A stretch of 64,000 bases of DNA from Malacoraja senta (Eukaryota): NCBI GenBank assembly GCA_038087875.1, contig JAXLNO010002359.1:62001-126000 (forward strand). Reading direction: 5' to 3'. Below the pieces are notes generated by a model. That model saw nothing but the letters and a program-made list of their open reading frames with translations, was not told where the DNA came from and ran no database searches. Below are positions 37,701 through 49,700 of this stretch, in pieces. The translations under genes and the position numbers were made by a program. The number at the start of each line of letters is the position of its first letter. Within the stretch, counting starts at the first letter, position 1.

Positions 37701-40700
37701 ACATCTCAAAGTTTGCGGATGACACGAAGCTGGGGGGCAGTGTTAGCTGTGAGGAGGATGCTAGGAGGGTGCTAGGTGACTTGGATAGGTTGGGTGAGTG
37801 GGCAAATGCATGGCAGATGCAGTATAATGTGGATAAATGTGAGGTAATCCACTTTGCTGGCAAAAACAGGAAAGTAGACTATCTGAATGGTGGCCGATTA
37901 GGAAAAGGGGAGATGCAGCGAGACCTGGGTGTCTTGGTAGACCAGTCATTGAAATTAGGCATGCAGGTGCAGCAGGCAGTGAAGAAAGCGAATGGTATGT
38001 TAGCATTCATAGCAAAAGGATTTGAGTATAGGAGCAGGGAGGTTCTACTGCAGTTGTACAGAGCCTTGGTGAGACCACATCTGGAGTATTGCGTACCGTT
38101 TTGGTCTCCTAATCTGAGGAAAGACATTCTTGCCAAAGAGGGAGTACAGAGAAGGTTCACCAGACTGTTTCCTGGGATGGCAGGACTTTCATATGAAGAA
38201 AGACTGGATAGACTCGGCTTGTACTCGCTAGAATTTAGAAGATTGAGGGGGGATCTTATAGAATCTTACAACATTCTTAAGGGGTTAGACAGGCTAGATG
38301 CAGGAAGATTGTTCCCTATGTTGGGGAAGTCCAGAACAAGGGGTCTCAGTTTAAGGATAAGGGGGATGTCTGAGAAAAACATTTTTTTTCACACAGAGGG
38401 TGGTGAATCTGTGGAATTATCTGCCACAGAGGTAGTTGTGGCCAGTTCATTGGCTATATTTAAGAGGGAGTTAGATGTGGCCCTTGTGGCTAAAGGTATC
38501 GGGGGTATGGAGAGAAGGCAGGTACAGGATACTGAGTTGAATGATCAGCCATGGTCATATTGAATGGCGATGCAGGCTCGAAGGGCCGAATGGCCTACTC
38601 CTGCAACTATTTTCTATGTTTCTATCAATGCTCCAGTATCTGAGACTGAGATACTGATAAAGGACTCACGTCAAAGTGTCAGATAGAAAGTGTAGTCACC
38701 ATGACAACCACGAGCACTTGCTGCTCACACTCACACTGGGGGTCCCGGCTCACACATCAGCACTGAACAATAATCCATCCCCTCTCCCCTCACTGACCCT
38801 TCTCTCCGAGTCTGGTGTTGCTTGAAGTGATTCCAACTGCTGCAGACTCGGGTTTCGGATCAGCATTCAGCTGGGAGCAGGACCCGGGAACAGGGAAGGA
38901 CAGGGAATCAATGGGTGTGAATGGGAGAGGGATGGTGGGAATAATGGGAATGAAGGGACGGGAAGACCCGACCCACTTGAAGTGCCAACCTGTCCGGGTC
39001 AGTCCCCACGCAGGCATCCTCTGGGCTGCTTCTGTCCGCAGCCTGAACCTGCACCACCTCCTGCAGACAGACTGACAGAGACATTCACCCCCCAGACCGC
39101 TCTCGGGAGTCTCCGGGAGGTTTCATTCCATCCCGGGAGATTCCCGGACAGTCCGGGTGTGGGGGCGAACCTAATGTAGAAATGTAGAGTGGAATATCCA
39201 AACTTCACTGCAATTTGCTGACGTACATGACATTGTATTTTATAAAGATCTGATGAGTTTAGTGCGGCATTCATGAAACATGTTACATTTGAAACTTGAT
39301 CAGCTGAACAAAACACCACAAATATTTAAAAGAATACGGTTGAGAATCTCTGTATGGCACGGTAACTGTAATACTGAAAGGAGTTATCCTCTGTCTCTCT
39401 GATACAGATTTATCTAATGGGAGATACACACTTTACCGCTCCAGCACAGATCACAGTGAACTTCACCTGGTTTGCGATAATAGTTATGGTGATGGCTATT
39501 CCAGTGCTCAGTGGACCTGGGCACCTCATCACCTTCAACCACTGAAAGTAATAGCATCTGCAGACCGTTCTCAGCCCATCAATGTCAATGGGACCGACTT
39601 CGGGAATCGACTGGTGACCTCAGGGAAACCCTTCGATGGCAAGGATTTCAGTGTGAGAATTGTCCCCGTTGTGTTTCAAGATGCCGGAGTTTACGCATGT
39701 CATCTGGAATCAAATCCATTTCCCACCATTGACCTAATCACAGTGAAAGGTAGGAGACAGAATGTTGCCACTGTGTTTACTGCTGAACATTGTTTAAAAT
39801 GTAAACAACCTGTTTGTTTCCACAGTCACAGCTGAACCGTCTGATGCAGTGACTGAGGGAGACACCGTTACCCTGACCTGCTCTGTGTCTCACGTCATTG
39901 GGTCAATGAGACTGGTTTGGATCAATGGCGATGGCAAAAGTGTTGGAGAAAAGTCACTGACTGTGGAAGAGAAATCACAGAGTCTGGTTATTCAGAAAGC
40001 TGAGAGAGGCAGAGGGAACTGGAGATGTGGTTTGTTTCATCAAGACCTGCCCCGGCTTTTTGTCCCGTACTATCTGGAGCCCCGTGGTAAGTGATAAGGG
40101 TTTGTTCTTCATACTTAGAGTCATGATTCAGTTTTGATGTCGCTTATTGATCCTGAAATTTGAGTGGAATATTTTCTTCCAGTTTGAGTGGTCTAACTGT
40201 TATGAATACCGAATTCTCAAATTTCAAATAACACATCCCGAACCCTACTTCTCCCCCCACCCTTCATTGTGCACGCATTTATCCCACCACCCAGTTATCC
40301 TATTCTCTTCCCTTCCTCTTTCAACTCATTTCCCACCCCTTCCAATTGCAGAGTTTTCCTTTTATGTTCTTGCTCCACTTCCACCCATATCCCTCCCTCT
40401 GCTACTGATCTGACTGTAGATCAGTCAGTATTAGTTGACCTGATCTATGTCATGTTTTACTGCATGCCGCTGTGCACTCAAACAGTCATCATATTATCTA
40501 GTCTGTTAGTCCAGCCTCTAGTTAGATTCGTTGCTGAACTTGAGCTTACAACACCTAAGTATTTGAGCTCTGTGTGTGTACTATAACAAACAACTTCTTC
40601 TTGTGTTAGCATTTGAGTATAGTGGCAGGGAGGTTCTTCTGCACCCGTACAGGGTCTTGGTGAGACCACACCTGGAGTATTGCATACAGTTTTGGTCTCC

Positions 40701-43700
40701 AAATCTGAGGAAAGACATCCTTGCCATAGAGGGAGTACAGAGAAGGTTCACCAGACTGATTCCTGGGATGTCAGGACTTTCATATGAAGAAAGACTGGAT
40801 AGACTGGGCTGTACTCGCTTGAATTTAGAAGATTGAGGGGAGATCTTATAGAAACGTACAAAATTCTTAAGGGGTTGGATAGGCTAGATGCAGGAAGATT
40901 GTTCCCGATGTTGGGGAAGTCCAGGACAAGGGGTCACAGTTTAAGGATAAAGGGGAAATCCTTTAGGACCGAGATGAGAAAAACCTTTTTCACACAGTGA
41001 GTGATGAATTTCTGGAACTCTCTGCCACTGAAGGTAGGTGAGGCCAGCTCATTGGCTATATTTAAGAGGGAGTTAGATGTGGTCCTTGTGGTTAAAGGGA
41101 TCAGGGGTATGGAGAGGAGGCAGGTACAGGATACTGAGTTGGATGATCAGCCATGATCATATTGAATGGCGGTGCAGGCTCGCAGGGCCGAATGGCCTAC
41201 TCCTGCACCTATTTTCTATGTTTCTATGTATGGATCCTGTTATTACACATGTTTATACTGACAACCTTTTGTCTCCATTTCACCCCTCCATTTTGTCATT
41301 ATCTCACCATTCCCCACCTGTATCCACCTATCACTCACCATGCTTTGTCTCATGCCTACATCCCTTCCCCAGTTGTCACTCTCCCATTCCATCAGTCTGA
41401 GAATGCATCCTGACATGAAACGTCATCAATCCATTCCCTCCACAGATGCTGCCTGAGTTCAACTCCATTGAGTTTCTCCAACACTTTGCGTTTGATCAAC
41501 ATTCCACAATCTGCAGTTTCTTGTGTCTCCATGTAGACCCACTGGTCAGCGTGGATAGATTGCTGCAGAGGGCCTGTTTCCATGCTGTTCCATGATGATG
41601 AATTATAACGTACAACTTAGTAAAGATTAATTCTCTGCAATATTGCTAATGACAAGGTCAGTGAAAAATTGTTGACAACATTTACACATGTGTTCTCGTT
41701 TCCTACAGGAAGTGGACATTATCTGTACTTTTTCCATCAGCAAGGCAACTTTGTATTGAAAGGACCAGACAGTCCTGGAAATGGCCCCATTGACTTGGAA
41801 TGGAGCCCACACTCAGGGCAACAAACCACAAAGCGATTGGCCACTTTCCGCAGAGAAGATCGACAGTGGGCTGTACGATGGAGTGATGAGTACAATCAAA
41901 TACCAGGCATCTCCCAGAGGATGCATGCGGACTGGGGTACCCTTAATCTGAGGATCAGGATGCCCACATTCAAACTTGCAGGACTGTTCACCTGGAATCA
42001 GACACAGCACGCTGGGAAAATCCTGAGACAGTGGGAACTATTTGGGATTAAAGGTAATAGAGTCATAGTGTCACACAGCACTGAAACAGGCCCTTTGGCC
42101 CAATTCATCCATACTGACCAACTACCCATCTAAACATCCCATTTGCCCTCATTTGGCCCATATCCCTTTAACCTTTTTTCCATATACCTGTTTAAATGTA
42201 TTTTAAGTGTTGTTGTACCTGCATCAAACACTTCCTCTGCTCGATATTTCCATAAAGTATGTTCATGTACCACTCTCTTTGTCAAAAAACTGCCCCCTAA
42301 TATTAAAGGGTATATCTAATCTGCCCCTCTCACCTTAAACATGTACTAACTAGTTTTTGATTCCCCAACCCTGGAAAAAAGACCATGTGCGTTTACTATA
42401 GATATGCCTCTCATGATTTTATTCCCTCACATATAATCTCTGTTAAAGACACCCAAGAAATATAATCAGTCTGAAGAAGGGTCTCAACCTGAAACATCAC
42501 CTATCTATGTTCTCTAGAGTTCAAAGGTCTTTTATTGTCACGTGTACCAATTAAGAGGCAGTGATATTCATATTACCAGACCTGCTGAATTACTCCTGCA
42601 CTTTATGTCCTTTTATATATTAACCAGCATCTGCACTTCTGTGTTTCTACTATACTAAAAACATCCCTACCTGGAAGTGTTGATGTGGGAGATGAGGGGG
42701 CGAGGGGGACAGGTGGTCACTACCAGGAAGTGTTGATGTGGGAGACGAGGGGGCGAAGGGGGACAGGTGGTCACTACCAGGAAGTGTTGATGTGGGAGAC
42801 GAGGGGGGCGAGAAGGACAGGTGGTCACTACCAGGAAGTGTTGATGTGGGAGACGAGGGGGCGAGTGGGACAGGTGGTCACTACCTGGAAGTGTTGATGT
42901 GGGAGACGAGGGGCGAGGGGGACAGGTGGTCACTACCTGGAAGTGTTGATGTGGGAGACGAGGGGGCGAGGGGGACAGGTGGTCACTACCAGGAAGTGTT
43001 GATGTGGGAGACGAGGGGGACGAGGGGGACAGGTAGTCACTACCAGGAAGTGTTGATGACATCACTGAGCACGGCAGCTCAATATTCAGCCGAATGTCTG
43101 TCTGCAGGGAAAAGACAATTCTGCCCACAGTAGTTCAGAAAGCTGTTGGTGAACTGAACCACATGTGTCTGTTTCCACAGTTGAGGCCGACTCACCGAGG
43201 CCAGTAATGGGCAGTGACATCACCCTCAGCTGTACCATCTCCAGACTCCCAGATACCATCAGTCTTCACTGGAAACCAAGAGGCTCATCTCAGCAGAACA
43301 GGAGGAACAACACTGATCAGATCCGTCTGAACAACGCCGTCTATCTGATGATCCAACACATTGGAGCAGGAAATCCCAATCTGTACACATGGGAAGTGCA
43401 GGAAAATGGCTCCATTGTTCTCACTGGAGACACCAATGTTGAAGTGGATCAGGGTGAGTCCAAAGCTGCCTTGCAGCAGGTATTAAATAGTTCTTGATAT
43501 CAAACTGTTCCACATGTTGTATAGTGAGCACTGACTCCACCCGTGGGCTTCCACACTGCAGGATGTGGACATTGCCTTTATCCTGGGACATGGTGTAAAT
43601 ACAAAATGGTGGCACTAAGATTGATGGAGCCACACAGGAGAACCAAGGGATTCATTTCAGTTCACCTGCATGAATCAAAGAGAATAATATCCAGTGATGG

Positions 43701-46700
43701 AAATAACATCTAGTTTTCAGTGTATAACAGAACAGGAAAATATGAACTAATTCAAGTATAAATGCAGAGGAAATATCAGAATCAGAATCACATTATATTG
43801 GCCACGTAATCATACACAAGGAATTTGACAGTGCTTTGCTCGCATATGGTAAAAACACGATATACAGCAGACAATTAAAAATAAAACATTATAATTTAAA
43901 CATGTGAAAATAAAGTACCGGAGTAAAAAGAGGCTACCGACATTTGGCTGTTGAGTAGAGCTACGGCTCGTGGGAAGAAGTTGTTTTTATGTCTGGCTGT
44001 GGCAGCTTTGACAGTCAGGACTCACCTGCCAGTGGGAAGTGATTCAAAGAGTTTGTGGCCAGGGTGAGAGGGGTCAGAGATGATCTTGCCCGCTCGCTTC
44101 CTGGCCCTTGCAGTGTACAGTTCATCAATGGAGGGAAGGTTGCAGCCAATAACCTTCTCAGCTGAAATGACGATTCGCTGCAGCCTCCAGGTATCGTGCT
44201 TGGTGGCTGAGCCAAACCAGACCATGATGGAGAAGGTGAGGACAGACTCTATGATGGTAGTGTAAAACTGGACCATCATTGCCTGTGGCAGATTGTGTTT
44301 CCTCAGCTGCCGCAGGAAGTACATCCTCTGTTGGGACTTTTTGACTGTGGAGTCGATGGTGGCGTCCCAATTAAGGTTGCTGGAGATGATGATTCCGAAG
44401 AAATTAAATGACTCCACAGTTGTGACTGTGGTGTTGTTAAAGATGAGTGGGGGGAGGGGAGGGGGGGCTCTACAATCAGGAGGGGAGGATTGAGTCTACA
44501 GTCAATTCCACTGTCTTAAGAGCACTGAGCTTCAGGTTGTTGCGATGTCAACAGGACACCAGCTTTATGATTAGGGTGACTTGGACATCTTGCTGAAGTA
44601 AGCATGCAGGTACAGCAGGCAATGGTGAAAGCAAATGGCATGTTGGCCTTCATAGCGAGATGATTTGAGTATAGGAGCAAAGAGATCCTACTGCAGTTGT
44701 ACGGGGCCCTGGTGAGACCGCACCTGGAGTATTGTTTGCAGTTTTGGTCCCCTAGTTTGAGAAAGGACATTCTTGCTATCGAGGGAGTGCAGCATAGGTT
44801 CACCAGGTTAATTCCTGGAATGGCGGACTGACATATGATGAAAGAATGGATCGACTGGGTATATATTCACTGAAAATTAGAAGGATGAGAAGGAATCTTA
44901 TAGAAACGTATAAAATTATTAAGGGATTGGGCAGGCTAGATGCAGGAAAAATGTTCCCCATGTTGGGCGAGTCCAGAACCAGGGGACCCAGCTGACATCC
45001 CAGAGCCGGGGGTTTGTCCTTGTGGAGACTCACAACATTGTATCTCGGCGTGTGTGGAAATCTAATTCTTTGTTCCCTGTCCCTCTCTTGCAGGTTTACA
45101 TAACAAGACGTACACAGTTTATCGCTCAGTCACAGATCACAGTGAACTCGACCTGATTTGTGAAGCTTCTCCTGAGCTCAGTGAAACCAAATGGACTTGG
45201 AGATCACCACGTTTCCAGAATCAAGAGAAGGAAATAGCTTCTTCTCACTGGTCTGAGCCGATACATGTCAACAGGAGCTACTTTGGGAATCGACTGGAAA
45301 CCACAGAGGGAAATGTGAATGGCAGGAATTGCCATGTGAGGATTGTCCGCGTGCAGTTTGCAGATGCTGGAGTTTACACATGTTCCACGGGATCAAATAT
45401 ATATGTGAACATTGACCTAATCACAGTTACAGGTAGGAGACTGGATGTTACTACTTTCAAGAATTAAGTAACTGGTGTAGAGTTTCTAATCTGAGTACAG
45501 ACTGCAATGTCAGCAGAAATTCCCAAGTTTGAAGAATTATTTTACCTCCAGAGCTTCCTCTTCAACTTATTTGTATTTTGCTGAACCCAAACTCTGCCCT
45601 AAACCAACATTATTGGGAAGCACATCAAATGTTATTTTCATTTATTTTGCTGAAAACACATTTTTTATACATAAGAGAGGGAATATGATGAAATGTGATT
45701 CAGAAAGGTGCAAATGAGCTTCCATCGAAAATATTTAAAAAATCATTCAAATTCTCTTAACACGTTCCCGAAGTTTCTTTGACCCCAAACGACCCATCCT
45801 AATTTTTGAAGGCTCACTGGAGGCTTAAAACTGAGTGTATTTTGTGGAATTTATCGATTCATATTTACCTGGATGAGTGTTGTGGCCAAAACTGTGGCCA
45901 GAGGCAATGATGTGGGCATTGGTTGCTCTTTGTATAATTAGTTCAAAACTGTTGTGAATGATTATGGAAAAGACACTTGGAGAGGTACATGGATGGGAAA
46001 GGTGCAGAGGGATATGGGCCAAATGTGGGAACATATTTTAGATGGAGCATCTTGGCCGGCATGGATGAGTTGGGCTGAATGGACCGAATTGTTTCATGCT
46101 GTATGACTATGCCTCTAACTCTTGTTGTGTAATATAATTTTCCACACTTAGAACGCCAGATACTGGTGTCAAAGTACTGAGAAAAACACAACACAATCCA
46201 GACAAAATTCATTGTTTTACGATTTTCTTCTTTCCACAGTCACAACTGAACCATCTGGCGCAGTGACTGAGGGAAGAAACGTTACCCTGACCTGCTCTGT
46301 GTCTCATGTCACTGAGTCACTGAGACTGGTTTGGATCAATGATGAAGGCAAAGTTGTAGAGGAGAAAAATCTCATGCTAACAAAGCAGGAGAACAATTCT
46401 TTGCAGCTGATTATTGCAATAGCTGATGGAGTAAGAAGGAAATGGACAACATGTGGTTTGTCTCATCAAAGCACAACCAAGGTTTTCATTCCATATAATC
46501 TGCAGGTGAACAGTAAGTTTCTTAGCTTCTGCTCTTCGTTATCTCGACACAGAGTTCTTGTCACGTTGCTATTCTTTTTGTTTAATTGTATGTTGTCCCT
46601 GGTGTGTGTAGGATAGTGTTAGTCTGTGGGAATCGCTGGTCGGTGTGAACTCGGCGAGCCGAAGGGCCTGTTTCCGTGCTGTATCTCTAAACTAAACTAA

Positions 46701-49700
46701 ATACGCCCTTTCCCACCCATCCATTAATCCCTGCCCTTCATGTGGCCCCAAGCCTCGGTGAAAGACATTTTTTACAAAGCTGACAGAAGGCAAAGCACTG
46801 ATCACTAACAGAGGAAGATCCTGTAAACACCCAGGCACAAAGAAACAATCTCCACCACACATAGTTCAATGAAGAGTCAGTGTAGCACAAAGTGGAAAGT
46901 ATCAATGTCCCAACAGGAACATTTTAATTCCTCACAGATAATCACATCATCCAATCATAGAATTGTGGAATGGTTGTAGCACAGAAGGTGGCCATTTGAC
47001 CCATCATATCCATGCTAACTCTCATCCAGAGCAAATCGCTAATTCTACCCCCTCTCCTTTTGCCATCACATTGCAGCTTTTTCATCACTATATATTTGTC
47101 CAATTCTCTCTGGAAAGCCACGATAGAACCCAGCTCCCCAACTGATGCAGACAGTACACTTCAGACTCCAACTACCTGCTGCCCAAAAAGATTTTGCTCA
47201 AGTCATTCTAAAATGTTTTCCCCTTTATTTTAAACCTATAACTTTTTTGTGCTCAGCCTTTCCACTGAAGGGAGCATCCTTCCACAATCCATTCTGTTCA
47301 GACTGAATAAATAATGCATAAATGAACAATGATGCCATTGATGTGATGAAAGAGCATTATTGACTCTTGTCTTCAAACTCTCTCTTCAGTGTGCCATGGT
47401 AATAACTGGACAGAGAACACCATAAAAAGAATCTCAATTATACCAACCATGTTTACAGTTTAGTTTAGTTTAGGCCCACCAGGTCCACGCCAACCAGCGA
47501 TCCCCGCATATTAACACTATCCTACACCCACTAGGGACAATTTTTGACATTTACCAAGCCAATTAACCTACAAACCTGTACGTCTTTGGAGTGTGGAAGG
47601 AAACCGAGGATCTCGGAGAAAACCCATGCAGGTCCTGGGGAGAAAGTACAAACTCCGTACAGACAGCACCCGTAGTTGGGATCGAGCCCGGGTCTCCGGC
47701 GCTGCATTCACTGTAAGGCAGCAACTCTACCGCTGCGCCACCGTGCCGCATTCATTGTGTCATCTCTTTGTGACATGTTTACAGTTTGACTTGCCGATTC
47801 AACTGCTTCAATGCACCATCTGATGTGATTATTTGACTGAACACAGCAACCTGCTCCCTGATGGTCACTGTGTGCTATAGGTTGGTGTTATTAATCCTTA
47901 CTCCTGGCGAGCAGCAGTCTCCCCCTGGGAGAGGACAACACGGGCTCTGACTACAGTCAGCTGAGAGTCCACTGAGGAATGACGACTTTGGTTGTCCTCT
48001 GCCTGTGCCTCAGTGCCAGCAGAACCCTGCTCCGTCAGCCGCTGCACCAAGGGAGAGGCCACCCCCACCCACACCCACTCCCACTGTGGTGTCCCCACCT
48101 CCCAGATTGGAAATCTGTGCTCCCGGTTGAGCAGACGCCTCCCCATGTACGCTCATTTAGCACAGTCTCGCTATGCAGCAGAACTGAAGTTGAACTTTAT
48201 TTTACAAGGGTAGCGCACACCAGCCTCTCCATCCTTTGGCCTCATTGCAGACTGATGCTTTTGGGTGTTGAGCTGTCCTTAAAGGGCAGGAGATATCAAT
48301 CAGTGAGTGAATAGATTAGTTGGTGTGTGGAATTAATGCATGGATCAACCATCTCCAATTTTACACTAAAAACACATGAAGATGTGGTCATTAGGATTGC
48401 AATAATAATGTGTTCAACCTCATTGACATCATATAACCATATAACCATAACAGCACGGAAACAGGCCATCTCGGCCCTTCAAGTCCGTGCCGAACATTTA
48501 AAAAAAATAATAATAATAATTAAAAATAAATACTTCCCCCTAGTCCCATCTACCTGCACTCAGACCATAACCCTCCATTCCTTTCCCGTCCATATACCCA
48601 TCCAATCTATTTTTAAAGGATAACATCGAACCTGCCTCCACCACTTCCACTGGAAGCTCATTCCACGCAGCTACCACTCTCTGAGTAAAGAAGTTCCCCC
48701 TAATGTTCCCCCTAAACTTCTGTCCCTTAATTCTCAAGTCATGTCCCCTTGTTTGAATCTTCCCTACTCTCAATGGAAAAAGCTTATCCACGTCCACTCT
48801 GTCTAACCCGCTCATAATTTTAAAGACCTCTATCAAGTCCCCTCTTAACCTTCTGCGCTCCAAAGAATAAAGACCTAACTTGTTCAACCTTTCTCTGTAA
48901 CTTAGTTGCTGAAACCCAGGCAACATTCTAGTAAATCTCCTCTGTACTCTCTCTATTTTGTTGACATCCTTCCTATAATTAGGCGACCAAAATTGTACTC
49001 CATACTCCAGCATTGGCCTCACCAATGCCTTGTACAATTTTAACATTACATCCGAACTTCTATATTCAATGCTCTGATTTATAAAGGCCATCAGTATGCA
49101 ATGGTTACATGCACAGTACAGTTTTAGTACTTGAAGACCAAAATTAATTTTAGGAGTTGAAAATCCGAATTAAAAATAATAATAATAATCAGCAGGACAG
49201 ATAGGAACTGTGAAAGAGGAACAAGTCCAGCCATGACCCAATTAAATGGCGGTGCTGGCTCGAGGGGCTGAATAGCCTACTCCTGCACTTATTGTCTATT
49301 GGCAAAGATCCTTTCTTTGAATCTGACAACGTTTTTTTCATCATAAAACATGAGCTCACTTCTTTCCCTTTCCACGGATACTGCTCAAACGGCTGAGTAT
49401 TTCTAACGTTTACAGTTCTTGTGCTCCTGGTTAGAGAGGCTTGAAGCTGGAGGGCAATATCCACTCTGTTGTCAGCAGTGTTCATTTAACCATTGTTCCA
49501 GGCTTAGACTATGATAGACATTTGTCCACTGTACAGTGGGAAGTATCACAGCTGAATCAGCTACTTTATCAACCAACCATCAGCTCCCATCTCCTGCCTG
49601 AGAAATGTCAGCTGATTGTAACGAAGAAATAGAAACTTGTGTGAATGTTTAGTCTCTAACTGATGGCTACTGAGGCAAGTTGTGGCTCTCTGATCTTTCT

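Noticed and set aside
40640-40660. Shared cacccgtacagggtc junction with the CR1 at about 60195
   Set aside because: Only a few non-consensus bases and the two copies differ elsewhere; cannot be told from chance.
42667-43058. CRISPR-like interpretation of the tandem arrays (also 61543-61767)
   Set aside because: Head-to-tail units without unique spacers, eukaryotic context, no cas genes.
47900-48310. Pro/Thr-rich stretch as a mucin-like stalk exon between D8 and TM
   Set aside because: No phase-1 acceptor/donor pair bracketing an open frame; more likely a decayed retroelement remnant.
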